Shown: positions 28,096 through 36,526, counted from the stretch's first letter. The stretch: DNA of 64,000 nucleotides from Minisyncoccia bacterium (GCA_038212075.1 JBBQUV010000001.1:35200-99199), one strand, 5' to 3'. The notes: a model not told the origin generated them from the sequence alone. Numbers and translations are program-made.

Positions 28096-28898
28096 TGAAA
28101 GATTTTTTCTACTGGATTATTCTTGTAGTTATTGGCGTCAGTGCCGGCGGATTTTTGTACTATAAGCATCTTGATACTCTTCCGTGTACGCACCCAGTTG
28201 AATACTCCATTGGTGCTGTTGATCCGCGGTTTGGAACAAATGCTAGTGAACTCACGAGCGACCTTGCTTTTGGTGCGGCTATTTGGAATAAAGCGGCAGG
28301 GAAGACTCTTTTCACGCTTGTGCCCTCGGGTGGTGTAAAAGTAAATCTTATTTACGACGAACGTGAAGAATCGGCAAAGCTGGGACTTGAAATTGCGAAA
28401 GAGCAAGTGACGACAGATGCTATGCGCGCCACCGTAGATGCAGAGCACGCACAGGTGAAATCGGAACAAGATGCACTGAATGCGGAAATTTCTGCGATAA
28501 ACGCGCGCGGCGGCGCAACCCCTGCCGACCGCACGCGCATTACTGCAGAACAGCAATCACTAGAGCTTCGTATTGAAACATTAAATAATGATGTTGCTTC
28601 CTTTAACGCCCGCATTCGCGCGCTGAATGCACAAGTTGCAGAATTTAATAAAACCGCGGGACATTTGTTTAAAGAAGGTGAGTATGTTCAAGATGCAAGC
28701 GGAAAACGCATAAATATTTTTGAATTTGTCGGAAAAAATCAGCTGGAGCGCGTACTCGCGCACGAGCTTGGGCACGCGGTGGGGCTCGATCACAACGACG
28801 ACCCCGACTCCATAATGTACGCCAACAACGAAAGCGGAAACTTAATCCCCACAGCCACCGACGTTTCTGCCCTTAAGTCCCTCTGCGGGATTTCGTAG
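28095..28898 (+). CDS. membrane-anchored matrixin-like zinc metalloprotease (metzincin) with a coiled-coil insert
   Basis: N-terminal TM helix; HELGHAVGLDHNDDPDSIMY, which is HExxHxxGxxH plus a Met-turn; a central Ala/Gln-rich heptad-like region. Confidence 0.7.
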   Translation: MKDFFYWIILVVIGVSAGGFLYYKHLDTLPCTHPVEYSIGAVDPRFGTNASELTSDLAFGAAIWNKAAGKTLFTLVPSGGVKVNLIYDEREESAKLGLEIAKEQVTTDAMRATVDAEHAQVKSEQDALNAEISAINARGGATPADRTRITAEQQSLELRIETLNNDVASFNARIRALNAQVAEFNKTAGHLFKEGEYVQDASGKRINIFEFVGKNQLERVLAHELGHAVGLDHNDDPDSIMYANNESGNLIPTATDVSALKSLCGIS

Positions 28899-28949
28899 AC
28901 CCTCACGGTCACCGCATTTTTTTGGTATGGTAGTGGAAGTGCGCTATTT

Positions 28950-29090
28950 GGGGGATCGTCTAACGGTAAGCAGAGCTTTCTGCCTGCGCTCGCTCGGAAC
29001 GGATAAGCAAAGCCTCATCCTTTCCTCGCTCGCTTGGCGGTAGGACAGCGGCCTTTGAAGCCAGTGATACGATAGAAATGTTCGATAATT
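28950..29090 (+). pseudogene. pseudo-tRNA: partial duplicate of tRNA-Gln (5' half and anticodon arm) split by a ~64-nt insertion, lacking T-arm and acceptor 3' strand
   Basis: GGGGGATCGTCTAACGGTA and GGACAGCGGCCTTTGAAGCC are identical to the downstream tRNA-Gln but are separated by an insert. The 3' portion diverges (AGTGATACGATAGAAATGTTCGATAATTT). Confidence 0.6.
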
Positions 29091-29092
29091 TT

Positions 29093-29161
29093 GGGGGATC
29101 GTCTAACGGTAGGACAGCGGCCTTTGAAGCCGTTAATTTTGGTTCGATTCCAAGTCCCCCA
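29093..29161 (+). tRNA. tRNA-Gln (anticodon TTG)
   Basis: Acceptor GGGGGAT/GTCCCCC, anticodon stem GCGGC/GCCGT with loop CTTTGAA, T-arm TTGG-TTCGATT-CCAA, discriminator A. Confidence 0.75.
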
Positions 29162-29164
29162 GCA

Positions 29165-29277
29165 AAAATGTGCGGAGCAGATTTTAGTGCGGGGAAGCGA
29201 GACGTCTGCACGTCTCGTGTCTTGGAATCGAACGCCGGAGCATGTTCCATTCAGCAGAATGGAACGGCGAGGCGGTG
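29165..29277 (+). repeat. structured element with an inverted copy of the tRNA-Gln T-arm, plus hairpins
   Basis: Hairpin cgagacgtctgcacgtctcg, CTTGGAATCGAA (reverse complement of the tRNA-Gln T-loop/stem), CGCCGGAGC, hairpin ttccattcagcagaatggaa, and ACGGCGAGGCGGTG. Shares motifs with the elements at 6040 and 13427. Confidence 0.5.
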
Positions 29278-29391
29278 CTCGACCAAAGTTTCTTATGAGC
29301 GAAGCGAATTAGAAACTTGAAGTGCTCTTGTGGTATAGACCATTACCGAGCGACGGCGAGGTAGTGAGTTGAAGGAGATAAGTGTAATCAC

Positions 29392-29409
29392 GGTCCAAGT
29401 TCCCCAGCA
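29392..29409 (+). repeat. direct repeat of the tRNA-Gln 3' terminus (att-like)
   Basis: GGTCCAAGTTCCCCAGCA compared with the tRNA 3' end ATTCCAAGTCCCCCAGCA (16/18 identical), about 230 bp downstream of the tRNA. Confidence 0.5.
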
Positions 29410-29508
29410 AATTAGGACTAAGCACGTATGAGGGTTCCATTTGCGTTGCAGCGAAGTCCTTTTTGTTCAGGTCGTTGTAATTAACGCTTTGTCAAGTTAT
29501 AGTAAGTC

Positions 29509-29691
29509 ATGTATATGGAGGAAAATCCGGACATTCTGACACTAGAGCAAGCCAGTAAGCTCCTGAATTGCCACCCAAACACGTTGAGGAATTGGGACAA
29601 TAAAGGAATCCTGAAGGCCATTCGCTTTGGTACGCGGAAGGATCGTCGGTACAGAAAAAGCGACATACTTAAGCTGCTAAAACAAAAATAA
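29509..29691 (+). CDS. excisionase/MerR-family helix-turn-helix DNA-binding protein (Xis-like)
   Basis: 60 aa; LTLEQASKLLNCHPNTLRNWDNKGILKAIRFGTRKDRRY matches the HTH_17/excisionase pattern. Confidence 0.6.
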   Translation: MYMEENPDILTLEQASKLLNCHPNTLRNWDNKGILKAIRFGTRKDRRYRKSDILKLLKQK

Positions 29692-29693
29692 TT

Positions 29694-30620
29694 ATGAAAA
29701 ACTACTATCGCATAATGCTTGGACGAAAAAGTAGCCACGCTGATGAGGCACATAAGGGCAATTTCGTTGCGGCGGGCTTCATTAAAGACAAGGACCTCAC
29801 GCGTCACCTACCTGACAATTGGCGTGATTTTAATAAAGAATTCATCCCATTATTTCTTGATCAGAATCCTGAAAAGACAAAGATATCAGCGGGTCTCGCG
29901 TGCGGAATGCTCTGGACTGTCGCTAAGGGGGTTTTGGTGGGAGACATAGTGCTCTGCCCGGATGGTAAGGGTAGTTACTACGCAGGCGAGGTTACTGGCG
30001 AGTATGAATATCATAAGGGCGAAACGTTGCCGCATCGTCGGTCGGTTCGTTGGTTCACTCGTGCCATCTCACGTGACGAAATGAGCGAACCACTCAAGAA
30101 TTCAGCAGGTTCGATTGGTACGGTCAGCAATATAACGAAATATGCGGAGGAAATTGAGGCGCTAATTTCCGGCAGTCTTCCTGCCTCAATCATTTCGACT
30201 GATGCGACCATTGAAGACCCAAGCGAATTCGCGCTTGAAAAACATTTGGAGGACTTTCTTGTTCAAAACTGGCATGGCACAGAGTTAGGTAAGCGATTCG
30301 ATATTTATGAAGAGGATGGTGAAAAGGTTGGGCAACAATACCCAAGCGATACCGGTCCCATTGATATTCTCGCTATCAGTAAAGACAAAAAAGAGATAGC
30401 TGTCATCGAGCTCAAAAAAGGTCGTGCAAGTGATGTGGTCGTGGGACAAGTTCAACGATACATGGGGTATGTGAAAGAAGAATTAGCTGAAGACAATCAG
30501 TCCGTGCGAGGCATCATCATTGCGTTCGAGAATGATGTCAAAATAAATCGTGCCCTCTCTGTTGCTCCGAACATTGAGTTCTACACCTACAAAATCCACT
30601 TTAAGCTAGAGAAAAAATAA
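29694..30620 (+). CDS. two-domain protein: N-terminal unknown domain plus a C-terminal PD-(D/E)xK nuclease-fold domain (restriction-endonuclease-like)
   Basis: C-terminal GPIDILAISKDKKEIAVIELKKG.....GQVQRYMGYV, a D...E-L-K nuclease signature with a downstream Q..Y segment. It starts 2 nt after the xis-like gene. Confidence 0.55.
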   Translation: MKNYYRIMLGRKSSHADEAHKGNFVAAGFIKDKDLTRHLPDNWRDFNKEFIPLFLDQNPEKTKISAGLACGMLWTVAKGVLVGDIVLCPDGKGSYYAGEVTGEYEYHKGETLPHRRSVRWFTRAISRDEMSEPLKNSAGSIGTVSNITKYAEEIEALISGSLPASIISTDATIEDPSEFALEKHLEDFLVQNWHGTELGKRFDIYEEDGEKVGQQYPSDTGPIDILAISKDKKEIAVIELKKGRASDVVVGQVQRYMGYVKEELAEDNQSVRGIIIAFENDVKINRALSVAPNIEFYTYKIHFKLEKK

Positions 30621-30758
30621 TTTCATGAGCAAAAGAGAAACAAATTCAAGTATGTCCAAAGAGCAGGAGCGAGCAGAGGATTGATGTGGTTGAATTAAAC
30701 AAGTTTGCAAAGCTATATAAAAAAGAATTAAAACATTTTATAAATTAACTTTAATATT

Positions 30759-31376
30759 ATGGATTCAAAAGAAACAAAAAATATATGGATAGTGGTCGTT
30801 GTTATTGCATTGATAGCGGGTGCATATTATTTTGGCACAGCATCAAAAAATCAAACTGGAGTTACAGATAATACACAAGATACTAATACGCTTACACCCA
30901 CCCAAGAAACTGCCACGCAACAAAATCAGGTTGCTCCAGTTGTTACCATTAAACCAAAAGTTACTGTCCCACAGAATACATACACTAACTTCGAGTTGTC
31001 AGAAAATCCAAAATATTTATTTAGCAAAGATTTTAACCCAAATAAAGCAAAGGTCTTTGGAGTTGGTATAGGTGACTTAAGAAGTAATATTACTTCTATA
31101 GTACCTCAACAAGAATACGGAAGCTGGGTAAGAACAACAAATTCAACTGCATATCGTATAGTAAATGGCATAGTGGTGGAAATAGCGCTTAATAATGATG
31201 GCATAGCTAATCTTTTTAGGACAGATGAAATTATTATAAAATTCGGTCAATCAGACCAAACTAAAACAACCGGTAACCCTCCATACACTACGACCACCTA
31301 TTACTACGTAAACAGAGGCTTGGTTGTTTATGATTATGGATCATCGGGTATAAAAGTAAATATTATTGGCAACTAA
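30759..31376 (+). CDS. hypothetical membrane-anchored/secreted protein (AT-rich gene)
   Basis: 205 aa, N-terminal TM helix, Thr/Gln-rich linker. Noticeably lower GC than the flanking DNA. Confidence 0.45.
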   Translation: MDSKETKNIWIVVVVIALIAGAYYFGTASKNQTGVTDNTQDTNTLTPTQETATQQNQVAPVVTIKPKVTVPQNTYTNFELSENPKYLFSKDFNPNKAKVFGVGIGDLRSNITSIVPQQEYGSWVRTTNSTAYRIVNGIVVEIALNNDGIANLFRTDEIIIKFGQSDQTKTTGNPPYTTTTYYYVNRGLVVYDYGSSGIKVNIIGN

Positions 31377-31381
31377 AATGT

Positions 31382-32287
31382 TTGAACAGAGCTGAGTTTT
31401 TTATGTCTATACCAGAAAACTTTTTTAAAGATTCGAACGGAATAATCAAGTGGCACCAAGAACACCACCCGAAATCTTACGAAAGCTATTTTCTGATAAA
31501 AGAGAAAGTTAAAAATTCCAAATTTTCTGGCTCGGCTGGACTTCTGCGAAATTTAGAAGGAAATAAAACTGTCACAGGATTTCTGTCTTTTTTGACTGAA
31601 ATAAATCTTGCCAATTTGTTTTTGGATAAGAAGGTTAAAGATTTGTCTTATGAACCGAAACATATGTCTGGTGTTGATTTCTCTTTTAATGACATCGCGA
31701 TATCTGTTAAGAATCTCCACCCAAAAAATTACGAAAAGAGCGAACAACAAGTAATAGATGCATTTCGTACGGCAGGAGGCGGTAAAACGAGTTTGACTCA
31801 TAAAAACTTCTCCAGTATTGCTATTGAAGTTAAAAAAACTGAAATGGGTACTTATGGCTGGGAGAGGTTAGAAACTGGACACAGCGGATTTCTCGATAGT
31901 GATTTATACGAAATGTCTGCTCCATTAAATTACATTGGAAAATTTGAACAGTCAGATATAAAAAATAACAAAAGGGTCTTATTTTTCTTTATTCAATCAA
32001 GTGATTTTGCACAGTATTATATTCAAGATATCGTAATTTGGTATTTTGGATATCCTGTTGAAAAGTATCAACCAATTTTTCAGAACGATATGAATTGGTA
32101 TAACAAGCTTCTAAAAACACCTCCTAAGAAAAATAATATTGATGCAATCGTATTTATGTATGCACCCAATACCTTATTGAGCTGGCCACTTGGCTGTTTG
32201 GGTGATGTATCAGATAAGGCGGCACGATTACAGATTTATGCGAAGGAAAAATCTTTTTCCGAACAGATAAAATTAATTTTATCTTAA
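31382..32287 (+). CDS. hypothetical protein (AT-rich gene)
   Basis: 301 aa, Lys/Asn-rich, no recognised motif; lies 6 nt after the previous gene, so likely an operon. Confidence 0.45.
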   Translation: MNRAEFFMSIPENFFKDSNGIIKWHQEHHPKSYESYFLIKEKVKNSKFSGSAGLLRNLEGNKTVTGFLSFLTEINLANLFLDKKVKDLSYEPKHMSGVDFSFNDIAISVKNLHPKNYEKSEQQVIDAFRTAGGGKTSLTHKNFSSIAIEVKKTEMGTYGWERLETGHSGFLDSDLYEMSAPLNYIGKFEQSDIKNNKRVLFFFIQSSDFAQYYIQDIVIWYFGYPVEKYQPIFQNDMNWYNKLLKTPPKKNNIDAIVFMYAPNTLLSWPLGCLGDVSDKAARLQIYAKEKSFSEQIKLILS

Positions 32288-32483
32288 GGGAGCAATCCTC
32301 GCTGTTTTATAATATTTCCTAAAAACGGCGGGGATTTGTGCGCGAACGGGAGGGTGGCTCAAGCGCATTTGCATTTGAGCCTCGGACATTTTCGCTAGGG
32401 CGTCCTGACTCACGGATGAGCGCCGCCGTTATCTTGCAATACAGAAATTCGAAGCGGAAGCGACACCACATACAGTCGATATG

Positions 32484-32915
32484 AAAACGAGAAAGGGGGT
32501 TGGCTGAGCCGGTTGGTCGAGCCCTGCCGAGACGAGGCGAAGCTGGGGGAAGGATTCCTTCCCCCAAACAGTCTCCTGCCCTCGCACCGCTCCGCAGAGC
32601 GATAATACGCTGGGGTATGCGAAACGTCTTTTCAAAGAGGGGCGCCTGTCGGAGCAAGGCATTCACTTTTATAAGTTAGGCAGTGCAAAACCCACTCACG
32701 ATTACGGCATCCCTAAGAATCCTTCGATGCCAGTTGAGCTGAGTGAAATGCTCAAAAAGGACTCGAAGGCGAAAAAATTCTTTGAAGCATTTTCGCCCTC
32801 AAACAAAAAATCTATCTATCGCTGGATACTCAAAGGGAAACTTGAAGCAACAAGACAAAAGCGTGTTATGCACGTAGTTACTAAGGCGCGAGAAGGCAGT
32901 CGGGACGTAATTTAA
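32484..32915 (+). pseudogene. YdeI/OmpD-associated (DUF1801-like) family fragment; N-terminally truncated, with only the last 62 codons ATG-initiated (32727..32915)
   Basis: The C-terminal segment KAKKFFEAFSPSNKKSIYRWILKGKLEATRQKRV matches the YdeI C-terminal pattern. The frame stays open upstream to 32484 without a start codon. Confidence 0.4.
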
Positions 32916-32964
32916 AACTCCTAGCCTCATACCAGATGGTCAGGTCTAAGTTATACTTAAAAAT

Positions 32965-33321
32965 ATGCGAAACATTGCGCCAGAAATAGTTCGCAAAAGA
33001 TTGTTGGTTGAGGCGAAGTTTTCAATTGCTGTTGATGCCGAAGTGGTGAAGAATTTTCTGCTTTCACTTGCCGCTCACCTAGAACTGCGAACATATGGTG
33101 ACCCTATTATTCACTCTCCAGGCGGGGAAGGGAAAGAGGAGAATCAAGGCTTTGACGCTTTCATTCCGCTCATTGATTCCGGTATTTCTTTGTACGTATG
33201 GACAAATGTGCAATTTCTTTCTTGCGTTCTTTATACTTGCAAGGACTTCTCTACGGAGAACGCTGTTACATTCACAACCGATTTCTACAAAACAACCGAT
33301 TTGGTATTTCAGGAATTCTAG
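32965..33321 (+). CDS. S-adenosylmethionine decarboxylase-like protein (SpeH/AdoMet_dc family)
   Basis: 118 aa; the pattern RLLVEA......LAAHLELRTYGDPIIHSPG....DSGISLYVWTNVQFLSCVLYTCKDF resembles small pyruvoyl-dependent AdoMetDC. Confidence 0.45.
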   Translation: MRNIAPEIVRKRLLVEAKFSIAVDAEVVKNFLLSLAAHLELRTYGDPIIHSPGGEGKEENQGFDAFIPLIDSGISLYVWTNVQFLSCVLYTCKDFSTENAVTFTTDFYKTTDLVFQEF

Positions 33322-33380
33322 TTCAAAGAAATAACGGTGACGCCCAATGTGGAATCGAGAATCCGTACTATACTCAACAC

Positions 33381-34211
33381 ATGTCTAATAAAACAGCTCG
33401 CAACATTGGGCAGGGAATTCTTGCAATCGTTGTGCTCGCCGCTATTGGTGCCGGACTTTACTACGCAACCATGCATCGAAGTGTTTCTTCCTGTACTAAT
33501 CTCGTACTCACTCATTCACTGACCATTGGTAGCACTGATACTGCCAATGATGAAGAAGTGTCGAAACTGCAAACATATCTGCGTGCTTGGGGTGAAAAGA
33601 TTATGGAACCAAAAGTAAAAGATCTCCCCGTTACCGGTTACTTTGGTTCGCAGACACGCACTGCCGTCGCCTTGTATCAGAAAATTCATAACATACCGAC
33701 CGATCCAGAGAGCGATGTCGCTACCACTACTGAGTGGGATAACCCAAATTACGGCATCGTTGGTCCACGTACTCGGAACTTGCTTAACAAAAGTTGTCTT
33801 GAAGGGGGATTCAGTGCTGGTATTGCATCACCTGCAACTGACCCCCTCATCACGAGTGTTGTGCTCGGTGCCTATCAGCAGTCGCTCTCTCAACCACTTA
33901 CGGTGGCTGTGACGGTACTGCCCATCACCTTCAAAGGATTCATAGAACTATATATTGTTCCTGCAAATCATAGTGGGCAGTGGCAGACGCTTGGGAGAGA
34001 GGTCGCCCAGACGGGTGACATTAGAGATGGATTCTCGGGCACACTAAAATTTAACATCACTGATTTTTCAGGTGGTGGTCTCCCTCAGCATGCTGGGGTA
34101 GTGGATGTTACTCCTGGTACGTACACTATCGTCGCACATGCCTATGACGGCACTTCAAATGGCACTCGTGTCATGGACACGATGAGTCTACCCGTTACCT
34201 TCACGCGGTAG
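33381..34211 (+). CDS. membrane-anchored protein with a peptidoglycan-binding-like domain and a C-terminal beta-rich domain
   Basis: TM helix, then LQTYLRAWG...LPVTGYFGSQTRTAVALYQ, which has PG_binding_1-like spacing. The internal Met after the upstream overlap was chosen as the start. Confidence 0.5.
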   Translation: MSNKTARNIGQGILAIVVLAAIGAGLYYATMHRSVSSCTNLVLTHSLTIGSTDTANDEEVSKLQTYLRAWGEKIMEPKVKDLPVTGYFGSQTRTAVALYQKIHNIPTDPESDVATTTEWDNPNYGIVGPRTRNLLNKSCLEGGFSAGIASPATDPLITSVVLGAYQQSLSQPLTVAVTVLPITFKGFIELYIVPANHSGQWQTLGREVAQTGDIRDGFSGTLKFNITDFSGGGLPQHAGVVDVTPGTYTIVAHAYDGTSNGTRVMDTMSLPVTFTR

Positions 34212-34257
34212 TACGAAGACTTGCGGTTTCAGTAGGGTGTGATATAATGAGTTTACT

Positions 34258-34584
34258 GTGACTTACACCAAGAAACCAAGCGGTTATGCTCGCAAGAGCT
34301 TCGGCACTCGCCCAAGCTCAGGGTTTAAACAAGACTCTCGTGGTGAATCGGCAGAGCGCTTCCAAGCGACCTGTAACGAATGCCATGCGAAGTGTGAAGT
34401 ACCGTTTCGCCCTAATGGCAAGAAGCCGGTTTATTGCCGCAATTGTTTTAAGGGCAAGGAAGAGACTCCGTCATATGGTGCTCGTGGATCCTTTAAGGAC
34501 CACAGCCGCCAAGATCCGGATTTCGCTCAGCGTCTCGACGCTATCGAAGCGAAACTAGACCGCATTCTCAAGTCACTCAGTTAA
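34258..34584 (+). CDS. zinc-ribbon domain protein (CxxC...CxxC), basic N-terminus
   Basis: CNECHAKCEVPFRPNGKKPVYCRNCF; followed by a strong terminator. Confidence 0.5.
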   Translation: MTYTKKPSGYARKSFGTRPSSGFKQDSRGESAERFQATCNECHAKCEVPFRPNGKKPVYCRNCFKGKEETPSYGARGSFKDHSRQDPDFAQRLDAIEAKLDRILKSLS

Positions 34585-34600
34585 TTGAATTAAGCGAGAA

Positions 34601-34631
34601 AAACCCGAAACCTTTGGTTTCGGGTTTTTCT
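34601..34631 (+). terminator. rho-independent terminator
   Basis: cccgaaacc-tttg-gtttcggg followed by tttttc. Confidence 0.75.
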
Positions 34632-34707
34632 ATACTCTTCGTTACTAAACGTACTGTTAGACTTTCTGATTAAATCGCTATAGTATCACCCGACTGGGCA
34701 TTAAGGA

Positions 34708-35031
34708 GTGGTTGAAATGAGTGAACTTTGGGAAATCTTGGTTCCTCGCGCGTTGAATGGCGGGGAAGAAATACCCGTTTCGTACCATCAAGCGTGGGAC
34801 AAGCGGGTGCGTGAAATTGCAGGTGGCCTCACGATTTTGAAGTCAGCCCGAGGCATCTGGGAAAGTCCGACAGGAGAGATCTTTCAAGAAGCGATGATCC
34901 CCGTTCGGATAGCCTGTTCCGAAGTGCAGATACGTCAGATCGCCAATTTGACCATGGATTACTATGACCAAGAAGCGGTCATGGCGTATCGGGTAAGCGA
35001 TCTTGTCATTATCCAGCACAAGGGATCATGA
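34708..35031 (+). CDS. hypothetical protein
   Basis: 107-aa ORF with an upstream RBS-like GGAG; no motif recognised. Confidence 0.4.
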   Translation: MVEMSELWEILVPRALNGGEEIPVSYHQAWDKRVREIAGGLTILKSARGIWESPTGEIFQEAMIPVRIACSEVQIRQIANLTMDYYDQEAVMAYRVSDLVIIQHKGS

Positions 35032-35129
35032 ATACGATTACGAAAACCGTGGCGGCCATTATTCTTTGGCCGCCACGCCCCTTTATATAAGCGTCCGCTC
35101 ATTGTTCCAGATTGAGGTAGAATAAAAAT

Positions 35130-35630
35130 ATGCAGAATATAGACTGGAACACTAAAGTTAAGGAAGCATTGGATCGTACTGAATTCATGGCAATCTCCAC
35201 TCTTGGAAGCGATGGAAGTTGGATATGTCCAGTGCAATTTGGGCACAACGAAAATTTTGAGCTCTATTTTAAATCAATGCCGCACTCAAAGCATATGCAG
35301 AATTTAAAAAATGACGAACGTGTCTCAGTTGCCATTTTCAAGACGGAACGTTTTCCAGGCACCCGAGAAGTGATGGGTTTACAGTTACGTGGAAAGGCTA
35401 CCGTTTTAACCGAAAGGAGCGATATTGAAGAAGCCGCCCGCCACATGTATGGCCGTGACCCAAGAAAGATAGATTATCGGACAAAGGTGGACGAACATCT
35501 TGGTCCTGACGCAGTTTGGAATTTCGTGAAAATAACACCGGAAGAAGCGTGGTGCTTCGACTCACGAGTTTTTGAAGAAGAGAGGGTGCAGATTGATTTG
35601 GCAACGTTAAAGCTTAAGCTCAACTACTAG
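35130..35630 (+). CDS. pyridoxamine 5'-phosphate oxidase-like FMN-binding family protein (general stress protein 26-like)
   Basis: 166 aa; matches the PNPOx-like split-barrel pattern (FMAISTLGSDGSWICPVQF...ELYFKS). Confidence 0.55.
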   Translation: MQNIDWNTKVKEALDRTEFMAISTLGSDGSWICPVQFGHNENFELYFKSMPHSKHMQNLKNDERVSVAIFKTERFPGTREVMGLQLRGKATVLTERSDIEEAARHMYGRDPRKIDYRTKVDEHLGPDAVWNFVKITPEEAWCFDSRVFEEERVQIDLATLKLKLNY

Positions 35631-35701
35631 GAGGGTTCCACTATCGTTCCAAACAGTAAAAGTATCACCATCGTTCCAAATAATTTTAAAAACTTCTTAC
35701 G

Positions 35702-36178
35702 CTAGGGTTTTAAAATTAGAGGAAGTTCTAGTTCTTTTTCCATTAAAATTAATTGCTTGAGTTGTTCGTCCATTCCTTCAATTATTTCTAACTGTTTAGG
35801 AACGAGACTGTCGTTCCTCGTATCATTTGTTGTCTCACCGCTTTTCCCTGGCACGACATATACGTTACCTGTTTCAGGGGTAGCTCCGGGAACAATTTTA
35901 ATTCCTTCCGTTCTAAATCTTTCTAGTACCGTATCTATGGGGGTTACGTACCCGATAAGGTCTTCTTCGTCGGCTTTCATTTTTGCATACGCTGTCGCAT
36001 CTATTCCTGGAAAAGGAAAAACCTTTCCGCCCTCGGCAAGTTCAATTGCCAAGGTCGCCATCTCTCTTTTCTGCCGGATGCGTTTTCCTTCAGGGCTTTC
36101 AAATATTTTGGCAGGTCCTTCTTCTCGCATATGCGCAAGCGTACCACGTGGCCTATGTAGCACATCACTAACGTTCAA
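35702..36178 (-). CDS. hypothetical protein
   Basis: 158-aa ORF; a bidirectional hairpin lies between it and the upstream gene. Confidence 0.4.
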   Translation of the reverse strand: MNVSDVLHRPRGTLAHMREEGPAKIFESPEGKRIRQKREMATLAIELAEGGKVFPFPGIDATAYAKMKADEEDLIGYVTPIDTVLERFRTEGIKIVPGATPETGNVYVVPGKSGETTNDTRNDSLVPKQLEIIEGMDEQLKQLILMEKELELPLILKP

Positions 36179-36247
36179 TTTTATAAAAGAAAACCGCCCC
36201 TTCGTCGAAACGAAGGTTTGGTTTTCGTTTCGCCGAGGGGCGGTTGG

Positions 36248-36526
36248 TCAGCACATCAGCATGGTCAGGCCATAGACCGAGCCCGACAGGATACTGCAGC
36301 GATCCTTGTCGATGGTCACTGTCGGCATTTCATCGCTGTGGCAGATATGACCGTTGGTGAAGGTCAGCTTTCCGTGATCCACAGTGATGTCCATTATCGC
36401 TCCCTCCGTTTGGCAGAGATGGACGATGCTGGTGTTTGCGTGGTGGCGCGGCTTCGGCGTTTTTGCCTCAGCACCGGCAGTAGTTGCCATACAAATGGCC
36501 GTTGCGATAAGAAGAGCTTTCTTCAT
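36248..36526 (-). CDS. small secreted Cys/His-rich protein
   Basis: Signal peptide MKKALLIATAICMATTAGAEA; 92 aa with 5 Cys and 6 His. Confidence 0.5.
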   Translation of the reverse strand: MKKALLIATAICMATTAGAEAKTPKPRHHANTSIVHLCQTEGAIMDITVDHGKLTFTNGHICHSDEMPTVTIDKDRCSILSGSVYGLTMLMC

